From an uncultured Archangium sp. (GTDB lineage Bacteria; Myxococcota; Myxococcia; Myxococcales; Myxococcaceae), in the NCBI GenBank assembly GCA_903915665.1, contig CAIWTT010000166.1:1-33678 (forward strand): DNA of 33,678 bases, written 5' to 3'. The notes below the pieces were generated by a model that searched no databases, was not told where the DNA came from, and saw nothing but the letters and a program-made list of their open reading frames with translations. The position numbers and the translations under genes were made by a program. Below, in pieces: positions 1-8,762 of the stretch; the stretch's first letter is position 1; the number at the start of each line of letters is the position of its first letter.

Positions 1-241
1 GAAAACCGTCGAGGGCCGACGGTGGATCAAGCAACACCGATTCGTTCCTGAAAATGGAGGCCTTGCCCCGTATTTCTGTGCGCTCGTCTCGCCCGCGCGG
101 CAGATGAGCGCTCCCCTTTCCCCGGGGGGAAAGGAAGGGATTGGGGCGATCCCCGGCACCCAAACCAACACACGACCTCTGCCGATCGCAGGAGACGCAC
201 GCCTCCCATCGAAGCCGCACCGATTCCGATTCCGAACCCCT

Positions 242-769
242 TCACGACCCAATGATGAACTCCACCCTCCGGTTCTGCTGTCGCCCCTCGACCGTGTCGT
301 TGGGCGCAATGGGCCGCGTGTCGCCGAAGCCCGCGGCGACGAGCCGCTCGGCCGCCACCCCCTTCTTCACCAGGTACGCCCGCACCCACTCGGCGCGGCG
401 TTGTGACAGGCCGAGGTTGTCGCCCGCCACGGTGTCGGTGTGCGCCTCGATGCGCAGCACTCGAATGTGCGGCGCGGTGATCATCACCACCGCCACCGCG
501 TCCAGCGTCGGCAACGAGAGCGACCGCACCTCCGCGCCCCCGCTGACGAAGAACACCCGCTCGAGGGTGTGAATCTGCCCGTCGGCGACGATCACCCGCA
601 CCGGTTCCTGCGGCGGCGGCGCGGTGCGCGTGGGCACCTCCACCTCCACCGTCACCGTACCCATCACCGAGTACGAAACGACGTCCTCCTCCGCGGCGCT
701 GGTGTTGGCCGGGGCGCAGAGCACGAGCCCGAGCCCCAACGTCATCGCGAGTCCTTCGGACTGCCACAT
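242..769 (-). CDS. OmpA-family peptidoglycan-binding protein with N-terminal signal peptide
   Basis: The C-terminal region LSQRRAEWVRAYLVKKGVAAERLVAAGFGDTRPIAPNDTVEGRQQNRRVEFII is a canonical OmpA_C domain. The ATG at 769..767 gives the signal-like N-terminus MWQSEGLAMTLGLGLVLCAPANTSA. The track ORF extends to a TTG at 802. GC3 is high. Confidence 0.8.
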   Translation of the reverse strand: MWQSEGLAMTLGLGLVLCAPANTSAAEEDVVSYSVMGTVTVEVEVPTRTAPPPQEPVRVIVADGQIHTLERVFFVSGGAEVRSLSLPTLDAVAVVMITAPHIRVLRIEAHTDTVAGDNLGLSQRRAEWVRAYLVKKGVAAERLVAAGFGDTRPIAPNDTVEGRQQNRRVEFIIGS

Positions 770-902
770 CTGGTGCCTCCCGCGGACGCACGTCAGCAGC
801 AACCTGCGCGCCAGCGCGAAGCCGGTGGAGCTGCCCGGTTCCGTCAGCAGGCAGCGGGGTCCGGCGCGACGAACGAGGCGCGCCCGACCCCGGGATGGCT
901 GA

Positions 903-1802
903 TCAACAGCCTGCCCGCGCCTCGAGCCCGTGCGCCAGCGCCGCCAGCAGCGCCCGCGCGTTCACCGTCGACAGCCCACTGCATGCCGGGTCTCCGGTCT
1001 CGATGACCCGCCACTCGCCGGTCTCCAGCTGCCCTACGTCCACGCACAGCCACGGCACGCGGGTGCGCCGCGCCACCTCGTGGGCCAGGGCGCGCATCTC
1101 CCGGTCGTCGCGCTCCGAGGGCGCGCCGTAGGGGTCGCCCAGCGGCCAGTAGTAGCCCTGGGCCACCACGTCGGCGTCGAGCACGAAGAGCCGGTACTCG
1201 CGCGAGAGGGGAAAGCCCGCGTACTCCGCGCCGGTGCGCCGCAGCGGCAGCAGCTCGCGCACCAGCACGTGGTCGCGGGACAGCGTGTGCATCGCCAGCA
1301 GCTTCGTCACCAGCGCCTCGGCCTCGCGCGCGTCGTCGGCCACGCAGGCCTTCCAGCCGTAGGACTTGCGCGAGTGCACCGTGCTCTTGATGAACACCGG
1401 CGGCTTGAGCCGGCTCAAGGCCACCGGCAGCTCCGCGAGGTGACAGACCACCTCGGTGCGCGCCGTGAGGTCTTCGAGGCGGGCCACGGTGCGGTGCAGC
1501 TCCATCGCGTCGAGGTGCTGCCCCGGGTCGTTGAGCAGCGTGATGTTCAGCGCCAGCGCCTCGTCGTGCAACCGCCGGTAGCGCCCGGGTGTGGGCGTGT
1601 CGCAGACGAGCACCCCCCACTCGAAGTCGCCCCGGGCCAGGCCCGGCAGTCGGGGCATCTCAGGCTCGAGCGACGCCTCGGGGGGAATGAGGTGCACGCG
1701 GTGGCCCAGGGCCTTCGCCGCGCTCACCAGGCCCAGGCGGTCGGCGTCGGCGCGGTCGGTGTCGAGGGGTCCTTCGACGAGTAACAGCATGGGGCCCCGC
1801 AT
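903..1802 (-). CDS. ATP-grasp domain protein
   Basis: Track ORF 903..1826 (307 aa). The ATP-grasp-like region has KPPVFIKSTVHSRKSYGWKACVADDAREAEAL followed by a C-terminal fold segment with EYRLFVLDADV...VIETGDP. In-frame ATGs sit at 1802 and 1790, and the start choice is uncertain. The gene is divergent from the cNMP gene with only about 55 nt between starts. Confidence 0.65.
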   Translation of the reverse strand: MRGPMLLLVEGPLDTDRADADRLGLVSAAKALGHRVHLIPPEASLEPEMPRLPGLARGDFEWGVLVCDTPTPGRYRRLHDEALALNITLLNDPGQHLDAMELHRTVARLEDLTARTEVVCHLAELPVALSRLKPPVFIKSTVHSRKSYGWKACVADDAREAEALVTKLLAMHTLSRDHVLVRELLPLRRTGAEYAGFPLSREYRLFVLDADVVAQGYYWPLGDPYGAPSERDDREMRALAHEVARRTRVPWLCVDVGQLETGEWRVIETGDPACSGLSTVNARALLAALAHGLEARAGC

Positions 1803-1856
1803 ACCCGGCGCGGAGCCCCGGGGCACGCATCGTGAGCGAAGCGTGCCGGGCCCGTT

Positions 1857-2312
1857 ATGCCTTTGGGCATGAGCCTCAACCCGATGTTGATCTGGTTCTC
1901 GAAAGCCACGCTGTGCGACGGCCTGGGCGAAGAGGAGATCGCCTCCTTCTATTCAAACTTCGTGGTGCGCGGCTTCGCCGCCGGCGCGCCGCTGTACCGC
2001 GAAGGGGACCCGGCCGACGCCCTCTACGTCCTGCTCGAGGGCCGCGTGGAGGTGAGCCGCGGCGGCGCGCTGCTCGGCGAGGTCGGGCCCGGGTCCACCG
2101 TCGGCGAGATGTCGTTGTTCCGCGGGAGCGCGACGCGCTCGGCGACCATCACCCCGGCCTCCCAGGTGACCGCGGTGATGCTGCTGCGCCAGCGCTTCCT
2201 CGAGTTGCTGCGCGCGCGCGACGTGCCCACGCTGGTGGTGGTCAACAACCTCGCCCACGAGCTGGCCGAGCGCTTGACGGTGATGAACGCCCGGCTCGCG
2301 AAGCCGGGCTGA
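1857..2312 (+). CDS. cyclic-nucleotide-binding (CAP/Crp-effector-domain) small protein
   Basis: The cNMP-binding motifs are present: FAAGAPLYREGDPADALYVLLEGRVEVSRGGALLGEVGPGSTVGEMSLFRG...RSATITPAS. The start is an ATG at 1857. The TGA stop forms TGATCA with the stop of the convergent gene at 2313. Confidence 0.8.
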   Translation: MPLGMSLNPMLIWFSKATLCDGLGEEEIASFYSNFVVRGFAAGAPLYREGDPADALYVLLEGRVEVSRGGALLGEVGPGSTVGEMSLFRGSATRSATITPASQVTAVMLLRQRFLELLRARDVPTLVVVNNLAHELAERLTVMNARLAKPG

Positions 2313-3584
2313 TCAGAACGGCGAGCGCGGCGGGGCCGAGGTCGGCGCGGGCGGCGGCGAGGGCGCGTTCGCCGCGGCGGTCATGGCCGGCGTGGCGCCC
2401 GACGTGGCGTGCGCGGTCGGCGGCGCGCCCACCGGCGTCGGCGGCCCACCTCCACCGGGGATCTCGCCCCCCTTCGGGTTGTCCGGGTCCGGGGGAATCA
2501 GCCCCAGGTCGGGCGGCGGCACCGGCGGCGCGTCGAAGCGGCAGCCGTGCGAGAAGCAGGGCCCCATGCTGATCATCCGGCCGCCGCCGGGCTGCTTGAC
2601 GAAGCCCAGCACGCCGTCGATGTCCTTCGCGGCCTTGAAGGCGAGGTTGGGCACCAGCGGCAGGTCACCCATCGCGTCTTCGTTCTGCTCGGTGTTGGCC
2701 GTCGGGCCCAGGGCGCCCATCGCCTGCAGCTTGCCCGCGTAGGTCTCGGCCCCGTCGACCCCCGGCCGCTCCTCGGGCACCGGCGACTGCGAGTAGTAGT
2801 AGTGCTCGACGCGCGCGTAGAAGGGGTGCGCTTCGCGCTGCCCGTCGTCCGGGAGAATGGTGGCGAGGTGGTTGAGCGCCCACGGGTCGTGCAGCACGGC
2901 GAAGAAGTCGTCGCTGCGCGTGGTGCCCGACGGCAGGTCCTCGGTCTCGGTCTGCGAGGTGCCCGGCTCGCCTTCGATCTCCGACGGCGAGCTCGCGCCG
3001 CTGCCCTGCGCCCCGAAGACCCACGCGTTCGAGGTGGACGCGCTGCTGGCGTTGCCGTGCACGTCGGTGCCCTCGAACTTCCTGGTGCGCGTCAGGTCCT
3101 GCCCCCACGAGAGGAACTTCTGCACGATGAGGTAGTTCTGCACGCCTAAGCGCGCGGTGCAGCTCAGCAGCCCGCCCCGGTTGAAGCGGTGGTTGTAGCT
3201 CTGCTCCACGTTGCCCAGCCCGGGGTTCACCCCGCACGTCACCTGCTTGCCGCCGCCCATCCAGCACTGGTGCGCGCCCAGCGCCTGGTGGTGCCGGTCG
3301 TCGGCGCAGTCCACCGCGGTGTTGAACGAGTCGTAGGCCGAGCTGTGGTCGCAGAACACCTTGCGGTCGATGGCCTGCACCCGCGCCGCGGCCTCCACCG
3401 GCCTCGACAGCGACGGGAAGTCGAGCGGCGCCGCGTCCCACGCCGGGCTGGTCACCGCCTCCTGCCAGTCGAGGTTGTAGAGCAGCAGGTCGCTCAGGAA
3501 GAGCGTGTAGAGGATCATCGGGACCAGGACGATCATCAGCAGCGCCAGCTCCACCATCGCCGCGCCTCGGGGGGCTCGCCTCAC
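2313..3584 (-). CDS. TadE-like pseudopilin (large, with Pro/Gly-rich C-terminal tail)
   Basis: The GTG start at 3584 gives VRRAPRGAAMVELALLMIVLVPMILYTLF, which matches the TadE N-terminal signature (R-R-x-x-R-G-x-A-A-V-E-F-A-L-hydrophobic stretch). The GTG overlaps the upstream TGA as GTGA at 3581-3584. The protein is 423 aa and ends in a PPVPPPDLGLIPPDPDNPKGGEIPGGGGPPTP tail. Confidence 0.75.
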   Translation of the reverse strand: MRRAPRGAAMVELALLMIVLVPMILYTLFLSDLLLYNLDWQEAVTSPAWDAAPLDFPSLSRPVEAAARVQAIDRKVFCDHSSAYDSFNTAVDCADDRHHQALGAHQCWMGGGKQVTCGVNPGLGNVEQSYNHRFNRGGLLSCTARLGVQNYLIVQKFLSWGQDLTRTRKFEGTDVHGNASSASTSNAWVFGAQGSGASSPSEIEGEPGTSQTETEDLPSGTTRSDDFFAVLHDPWALNHLATILPDDGQREAHPFYARVEHYYYSQSPVPEERPGVDGAETYAGKLQAMGALGPTANTEQNEDAMGDLPLVPNLAFKAAKDIDGVLGFVKQPGGGRMISMGPCFSHGCRFDAPPVPPPDLGLIPPDPDNPKGGEIPGGGGPPTPVGAPPTAHATSGATPAMTAAANAPSPPPAPTSAPPRSPF

Positions 3585-5224
3585 TCTGCCTCCTCGGCCG
3601 TGCAGCCCGACATCTGTCGTTGACCTTCCACCGGGGCCCGCAGCTCCCGCACCAGCGTCGCGCCCTCGACGTCACCGGCGAGCATCAGCACCTCCACCAG
3701 CTCCAGGCAGCGGAAGCGCTCGAGCTTCGCGCGGAAGAACGGGTCGAAGAGGTTGGGCACCGGGACCCGGTCGCTGCCCAGCTCGTGGAAGTAGACCTTG
3801 GCCTTGGCCACCGCCACGCCTTCACCCGGCGCGAGGTGCGCCGTGGCCTTCACGTGCGGCCCCCACTTGAGCGTCACCGTGCCCTCGTCGTTGAGCTGCC
3901 ACGGCCCCTTCTTGCCCGAGCGCAGCAGCCCCAGGTCCTGCTTCACCACGCCCCAGGCGCTGGGCAGGCCGAGATCGTTGTCCTTGAGCGAGAGCGCCAC
4001 CTCGTCGCCCCCCTTGGTGCGGCCCCGCGTGCTGGGGTCGAGGCCGCGGAAGTTGATGAAGCACGACTCGGTGCGCTGGCAGACCTCCTGGCGCTGGATG
4101 CCGCGGAACTGGTCGTGGCGCCCGCTGTGCCCCGGCCCGTGCACGCCCCCCGCCTCGTCCGAGAAGGCGTTGCTCACCAGCGACCCCGAGCCCTTGCCGT
4201 GGCGCCAGCCCACCATCAACCCGCCCGCCGTCTCCGCGCCCACCGACTCGGCCTCGAAGGTGTTTCGCGGGGGCAGGGTGTGGGCCAGCTTGGTCACCCC
4301 GGCCTTGCCGTCGAAGCCCAGGCACACGCTGCCCTCGCCGCCCATGATGCCCAGCAGGTAGGCCGAGCTCGGCTGGAAGTCGGGGTGGCCCACGGCCTCG
4401 CACTGGCCCTTGGCGCAGTACTGCTGGAACGAGCCGCGGGCGGCGTTCGACACGTCTTCGATGATCACGCTGCGCTTGGGCGGCGTCAGGCGCGGCAGCG
4501 TCAGGCCCATCAGCGTGCGGCAGTCGTCGGGCTCCTTCCACCCTTCGACGGCGCACGAGAACTCGGTGCGGTTCACGGCGTGCAGCGCGGGCACGTACTC
4601 GGACCGCGGGGCGTTGCGCTCCTTGAGCACCTTGAGCGTGCCCACGGTGGGCTGGCTGACCTCGGTGGCCACGCGCTCCAGGGTGCGCTTCTGCAGCACG
4701 TGCATCGCCGCGGCGGCCTTGTTCAGCCCGTCGACGGTCTCGTTGAAGGCGGGCTCGGTGCCGATGAGCAGGGTGTCCCACTTCTGGGCCTCGGCCCCGA
4801 AGGCGGCGGAGATCTCCCGCGCCCGGTCGGCGTCGTTGCAGCACGCGTCGCGGTCTTCGGGGGGGCTGCGGCGCCCGTGGCCGCTGCGCTCGCAGCAGGC
4901 GTCTTCCTGGGCCGCGACCTGGAGCATGCCCGCCTGGCTCGAGGCGAGGATGTTCTCGGTCTGCGAGGCGATGGCGTGCCACGCGTGCACCGACATGTTG
5001 GTCACCACCAGGGCCGCGATGGTGCGGTTGGTGTAGACCATCACGTTGAGCCCGCGGGCCTCGATGGTGGCCACCGAGAAGGCCTGCGCGTCGGCCTGCG
5101 ACTGGAGCCGGATGCGCTCGTGGATGGCGCTCGAGATGCTGAAGCTCATGGCCATGGTCAGCGCCATGAAGAGCACCGAGAGCGACGCCAGCGCCAACAC
5201 CTGTCCCCGCCGGGCGTGCTTCAC
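3581..5224 (-). CDS. TadG-like pilus-assembly protein (Tad_N-type N-terminus)
   Basis: The GTG at 5224..5222 overlaps the TGA of the upstream gene as GTGA. The N-terminus VKHARRGQVLALASLSVLFMALTMAMSFSISSAIHERIRLQSQADAQAF resembles the TadE/G-like Tad_N motif (hydrophobic helix then RxxLQxAADA). About 547 aa. The track ORF 3581..5854 has an R/G/P-rich non-coding-like 5' extension, which I trimmed. Confidence 0.7.
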   Translation of the reverse strand: MKHARRGQVLALASLSVLFMALTMAMSFSISSAIHERIRLQSQADAQAFSVATIEARGLNVMVYTNRTIAALVVTNMSVHAWHAIASQTENILASSQAGMLQVAAQEDACCERSGHGRRSPPEDRDACCNDADRAREISAAFGAEAQKWDTLLIGTEPAFNETVDGLNKAAAAMHVLQKRTLERVATEVSQPTVGTLKVLKERNAPRSEYVPALHAVNRTEFSCAVEGWKEPDDCRTLMGLTLPRLTPPKRSVIIEDVSNAARGSFQQYCAKGQCEAVGHPDFQPSSAYLLGIMGGEGSVCLGFDGKAGVTKLAHTLPPRNTFEAESVGAETAGGLMVGWRHGKGSGSLVSNAFSDEAGGVHGPGHSGRHDQFRGIQRQEVCQRTESCFINFRGLDPSTRGRTKGGDEVALSLKDNDLGLPSAWGVVKQDLGLLRSGKKGPWQLNDEGTVTLKWGPHVKATAHLAPGEGVAVAKAKVYFHELGSDRVPVPNLFDPFFRAKLERFRCLELVEVLMLAGDVEGATLVRELRAPVEGQRQMSGCTAEEAE

Positions 5225-6018
5225 GAGCCCTCCTTCTTCCACGGCACCGAGCACAGGTTGGTGTCCGGCAGCTCGAAGCCCTCGAGGTCGGGCCACAGCT
5301 TGGACTGCATGCGCATGCCCCACGAGGCGCGAATGGGGAGGATGTATTCGTGCGCGTCGGCCCGCTCCTGGATGGGGACCTTCTCGATGGTGCGCTTGCC
5401 GCCGTTGGGGTTGAGGCTCTCGCGCACCGTGCCCGGCGTCATGCGCAGCGTGCGCACCGCGTCGTCGTGCTCCACCCCGCGCGCCATCATCCACAGCATG
5501 GCGTTCGCGAAGGGGATGGGCATCCGGTAGTAGAACGTCACCTGCACCTGCAGCCGCGTGACGTTGTAGGTGGCCCACGCGTCGCCCAGCAGCCGCGGGT
5601 CGTCGAAGTCCACGCCCTTGTTGAGGTCGATGCCCGCCGCCGCCGCCTGGGCGCGCAGCCGGGGCAGCGTGGGGTTGCACACCTGCACCACCACGTAGGG
5701 GATGGGCGGTGACTGCCGGTTGTCCTTGATCTTCTCCCACGAGCGCGACCACTCCGTGGGGGTGGTCGCGGGGAACACGCGCTCGATGCCCGCCGCCCCG
5801 CTGCTGGCCATGGGCATCAGCACCGCCAGGGCCGCCGTGTCCATGTCGTTCCACGCCGCGCTGCCGATGGAGCCCGCCCGCGCCGCCTTGTACGCGGCGT
5901 ACTTGGTCATCAACCGCGCCTGGTGCACCAGCGAGAGCTGCAGCGTGCCCAGGACCAGGAACACGAACAGCGGCATCACCAGCGCCGTCTCCACCGCGGC
6001 CTGGCCCCGGCGCCTCAC
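5221..6018 (-). CDS. TadE-like pseudopilin
   Basis: The GTG at 6018..6016 overlaps the upstream TGA (6017..6015) as GTGA. The N-terminus VRRRGQAAVETALVMPLFVFLVLGTLQLSLV is a textbook TadE motif. 265 aa. The track ORF 5221..6693 has a low-complexity 5' extension, which I trimmed. Confidence 0.75.
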   Translation of the reverse strand: MRRRGQAAVETALVMPLFVFLVLGTLQLSLVHQARLMTKYAAYKAARAGSIGSAAWNDMDTAALAVLMPMASSGAAGIERVFPATTPTEWSRSWEKIKDNRQSPPIPYVVVQVCNPTLPRLRAQAAAAGIDLNKGVDFDDPRLLGDAWATYNVTRLQVQVTFYYRMPIPFANAMLWMMARGVEHDDAVRTLRMTPGTVRESLNPNGGKRTIEKVPIQERADAHEYILPIRASWGMRMQSKLWPDLEGFELPDTNLCSVPWKKEGS

Positions 6019-6845
6019 GGGTGCACCTCCCGCGAGATGACCACGTCGACGTCGCCCGGGCCGGACCGGGAGGCGAGCACCGTCTGCTGCGACTTGCCGC
6101 GCGACGCCACCAGCACCTGCAGCCCGTCCACCTGCTCCACGTCCTGCAGCGACCAGCCGGTGTCCGTGAAGTGCGCCCGGTAGAAGGCGAGCACGTCCTC
6201 GGGACTCTGGGCCGGCACCGACAACCCGATGACCTGCACCGCGCGGCCCTCGTCGAGCTGGCGGAACACGCGCGGCGGCGTACCCCGGGGCGGCACCGCC
6301 ACGTCGTCGGGCAGGGCCTCGGGCGGCGCCTGGGTCAGGGCCAGCGGGTCGTTCACCGAGAGGAACACCACCGTCTCGTCGCGTTGCCGCAGGGCCGAGA
6401 CCATGTGCAGCGCCCCGCGCCCCGGGCTGCGCACCGCGTCCGTCTCCAACCACGCCACGTAGCCCGACGACGGCGAGTAGAGGTGGCGCACCGCGGGCCG
6501 CGACAGCAGCCGGAAGTACTCCGCGTAGTAGGCGAGCACCGACTCCACCGGCCACTTCGTGGAGAACCACGCGATGCCCAGCGGCGTGCCCGAAAGGGTG
6601 CTCGAGGAGAAGAGCGCCCGGGCCTCGGCGTCGGGGAACGGGGGCAGCGCGGCCAGCGCCTCGGGGGAAGGCCGCGGCGGCGAGAGCACCCACTTCGCCG
6701 CGCCCGGGGAAGCGCTGAGCACTTCGGCCTGCGCGGCTTCCAGCGACCGGTCGTTCACCGCGCCCAGGGCCGCGCCGAGCACCGCGCCCAGCAGCGCCGC
6801 GCCCCCGAGGACCCTGCCTACGCGACTGGCTCGAGGACGACGCAC
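6015..6845 (-). CDS. membrane-anchored hypothetical protein (first gene of the GTGA-coupled Tad-like block)
   Basis: The GTG start at 6845 is followed by MRRPRASRVGRVLGGAALLGAVLGAALGAV (a signal/TM anchor) and then a non-repetitive soluble domain. The stop is coupled to the next gene through GTGA. High GC3. Confidence 0.6.
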   Translation of the reverse strand: MRRPRASRVGRVLGGAALLGAVLGAALGAVNDRSLEAAQAEVLSASPGAAKWVLSPPRPSPEALAALPPFPDAEARALFSSSTLSGTPLGIAWFSTKWPVESVLAYYAEYFRLLSRPAVRHLYSPSSGYVAWLETDAVRSPGRGALHMVSALRQRDETVVFLSVNDPLALTQAPPEALPDDVAVPPRGTPPRVFRQLDEGRAVQVIGLSVPAQSPEDVLAFYRAHFTDTGWSLQDVEQVDGLQVLVASRGKSQQTVLASRSGPGDVDVVISREVHP

Positions 6846-6895
6846 CGGCCGCGAAGGCTAGCGGATCCGAGCCGCGTTCGGCAGCGCGCTTCTGC

Positions 6896-8656
6896 CTACT
6901 TCGCGTCCTCGCTCACCTGCCGCAGCAGGTGCCGGCTCATGTCGAGGCAGGGGTGCTCCTTGCCGAAGTGCGCCGGGACGCCCTGCAAAATTTTCCGCGC
7001 CTTCTTGAGGCTGGGGTACCGCCGACTCATTTCCTGCTCGTACTGCACGAGGATGGCGGTGCACTTCTGGTCGAGCTCGGGCCGGAGGTCGCGCATGCGC
7101 GTCAGGGCGAACTGCTGCAGGGCGGCGTCGTGGTCGGCCGTGGCCTCGAGCACCAGCCAGGCCTCGCGGTAGCTCTTCCACGCGCGGAACAGGTTGATGG
7201 CGCCGATCTTCTTCAGCTCGTAGAGCTGGGTGGCCTGGTCGATGGAGTCCTGCGCCCGGGTGCTGGCCTGCTGGCTGGTGAGCTCCGGCAGGGGAATCAG
7301 CTCCACCCACAGCCCGGCGATGCGCCAGGTCTCGTCGTCGTCGCCCTGGCGCACGTTCTCGAAGGTGAGCTGGTTGTTGGCGCCCACCTTGAGCAGCCCC
7401 GAGGGCAACACATGCTCCAGCTCCACGTCACTCTGCGCGGTGTCGGCGGGCACGAAGGCCACCGGCGCGCCGTTGAGCTCGATGTGCACCTCGTTCTGCC
7501 CGCAGTCGTGGGCGCGAAAGTGCAGCACGCCCACCAGCCGGGTCGCGGCGAAGGGCGTGAAGAAGAAGGCCTTCGACTCGGCGACCTGCACCTCGGCCCC
7601 CGGGCCCGCGCCGAACGAGAGCGCCAGCGCGTCGCCGTTGGGCACCAGCTCGTCGGGCATGCGGGGCCCGGTCGGAGCCGCCGTCGGTTGCTGCACCCAC
7701 ACCACCGCGGTGAAGGTGAGCATCAGGACCACGGCGAGCGCGGCCTTCAACGCCGCTGGCACCGACGCCCACCACAGCTGCGCGCGGCCGGCGCTCGTCT
7801 TCTGCAGCGCCCGCCGCTCGCGGGCCACGTCGGCGGCCAGCAGCCGGTTGCTCTCTTCGGTCAGCGACCGCGTGGGCTGCTCGGCCAGCAGGTCCTTGGC
7901 GGCTGACGACTTCGCGAGCGCCTCGCCCGGCAGCAACTCCCGGGTCGCCGCGTCTTCGAACTTCCCGTCCCACGCGCTGGCGCCGGCGGGGGCCGGGCCC
8001 TGGAGCACCGCGCGGTTGACGAGCTCCACCGTGGGGACGTCGCTGAAGCTCTCGCTGGTGGCGACCGGGGTGGGGGGCTTCACCAGGCCCCGGTTGACGA
8101 GCTCCACCGTGGGTACGTCGCTGAAGCTCTCGCTGGTGGCCGCCGGCGCCGGCGCGGCCTTGTGCGTGCCGCTGGGCCGGGGCGGGCTGAAGGCCGGCCG
8201 CAGCACCGTCGACGCGTCGAGACCGGTGGCCGCGCCCTGTGCAGGCGGAGGGGGAGGCGGGGTGAAGGCAGGCCGGAGGGTCGTCGCCTGGTCGAGCACG
8301 CTGGGGGCGGGCCGCGCCGACTCGTCGAGCGTCGACGCGGGGTCGACCCCGGTGGTGAAGAGCACGGTGACCTGGCCGATGGCGAGGCGATCTCCCGGCT
8401 TGAGCTCGGCCCGCGCGGCGAGCCGGCCCCCGTTGAGCCGCGTGCCCGCCGTGCTCTGCAGGTCTTCGACGAAGAAGCGCCCGGCCTCGTGGAAGATGCG
8501 GGCGTGCACGCGCGAGGCGAGCGCGTCGTTGATCACCACGTCGTTCTCCGGCGCCCGCCCCAGCCGCGCCGCGCCGCTCTCGAAGGTGGCCATGACGCTC
8601 GCGCCGTCTTTGGTGACGGTGAGGGTGAAGGCGGTCTTCGCGCGCGGGGGAGCCAT
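6896..8656 (-). CDS. FHA-domain membrane protein (N-terminal FHA, central TM helix, C-terminal periplasmic domain)
   Basis: The start is an ATG at 8656. FHA motifs are present: ARLGRAPENDVVINDALASRVHARIFHEAGRFFVEDLQSTAGTRLNG...KPGDRLAIGQVTVLF. There is a TM helix LWWASVPAALKAALAVVLMLTFTAVVWV and an internal 26-aa tandem repeat. Confidence 0.85.
   Translation of the reverse strand: MAPPRAKTAFTLTVTKDGASVMATFESGAARLGRAPENDVVINDALASRVHARIFHEAGRFFVEDLQSTAGTRLNGGRLAARAELKPGDRLAIGQVTVLFTTGVDPASTLDESARPAPSVLDQATTLRPAFTPPPPPPAQGAATGLDASTVLRPAFSPPRPSGTHKAAPAPAATSESFSDVPTVELVNRGLVKPPTPVATSESFSDVPTVELVNRAVLQGPAPAGASAWDGKFEDAATRELLPGEALAKSSAAKDLLAEQPTRSLTEESNRLLAADVARERRALQKTSAGRAQLWWASVPAALKAALAVVLMLTFTAVVWVQQPTAAPTGPRMPDELVPNGDALALSFGAGPGAEVQVAESKAFFFTPFAATRLVGVLHFRAHDCGQNEVHIELNGAPVAFVPADTAQSDVELEHVLPSGLLKVGANNQLTFENVRQGDDDETWRIAGLWVELIPLPELTSQQASTRAQDSIDQATQLYELKKIGAINLFRAWKSYREAWLVLEATADHDAALQQFALTRMRDLRPELDQKCTAILVQYEQEMSRRYPSLKKARKILQGVPAHFGKEHPCLDMSRHLLRQVSEDAK
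8013..8140. repeat. 78-nt tandem direct repeat (one full copy plus a partial second copy) inside the FHA gene
   Basis: The block cggttgacgagctccaccgtggg(g/t)acgtcgctgaagctctcgctggtggc occurs at 8013 and again at 8091, encoding ATSESFSDVPTVELVNR twice in the FHA protein. The period of 78 nt is a multiple of 3. Confidence 0.8.
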
Positions 8657-8762
8657 GAAGCGCGCGAGAGTATGTCACCCGTTTCGGGGCATGGGGGCTC
8701 CAACACGGTGCGCCGTGGGCCAGGGTGGTGCAGCCTCACGCGCCGTCCCGCCGCCTTGCGCG

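Noticed and set aside
115-134. 8-bp hairpin cctttccc-cggg-gggaaagg about 110 nt downstream of the OmpA-family gene
   Set aside because: The stem is short, there is no U-tract on either strand, and it is far from the stop. It is not convincing as a terminator.
27-791. 254-aa minus-strand ORF and the overlapping 104..406 / 141..572 ORFs at the window start
   Set aside because: The translations are Arg/Gly/Ala homopolymer-like. They overlap the real OmpA-family gene in another frame and carry no coding signal of their own.
2310-2315. TGATCA shared by convergent stop codons (also at 21040-21045)
   Set aside because: It is a neat palindrome but is most simply two TGA stops abutting. There is no evidence of function beyond coincidence.
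3620-5530. 636-aa plus-strand ORF opposite the TadG-like gene. Similar very long antisense ORFs are 7230..10988, 8533..10746, 12399..15809, 21250..23592, 25484..27001 and 29026..31995.
   Set aside because: The translations are R/G/A/P/H-rich low-complexity sequence with no domain signatures. They lie antisense to well-supported genes, and such shadow ORFs are expected at 70% GC.
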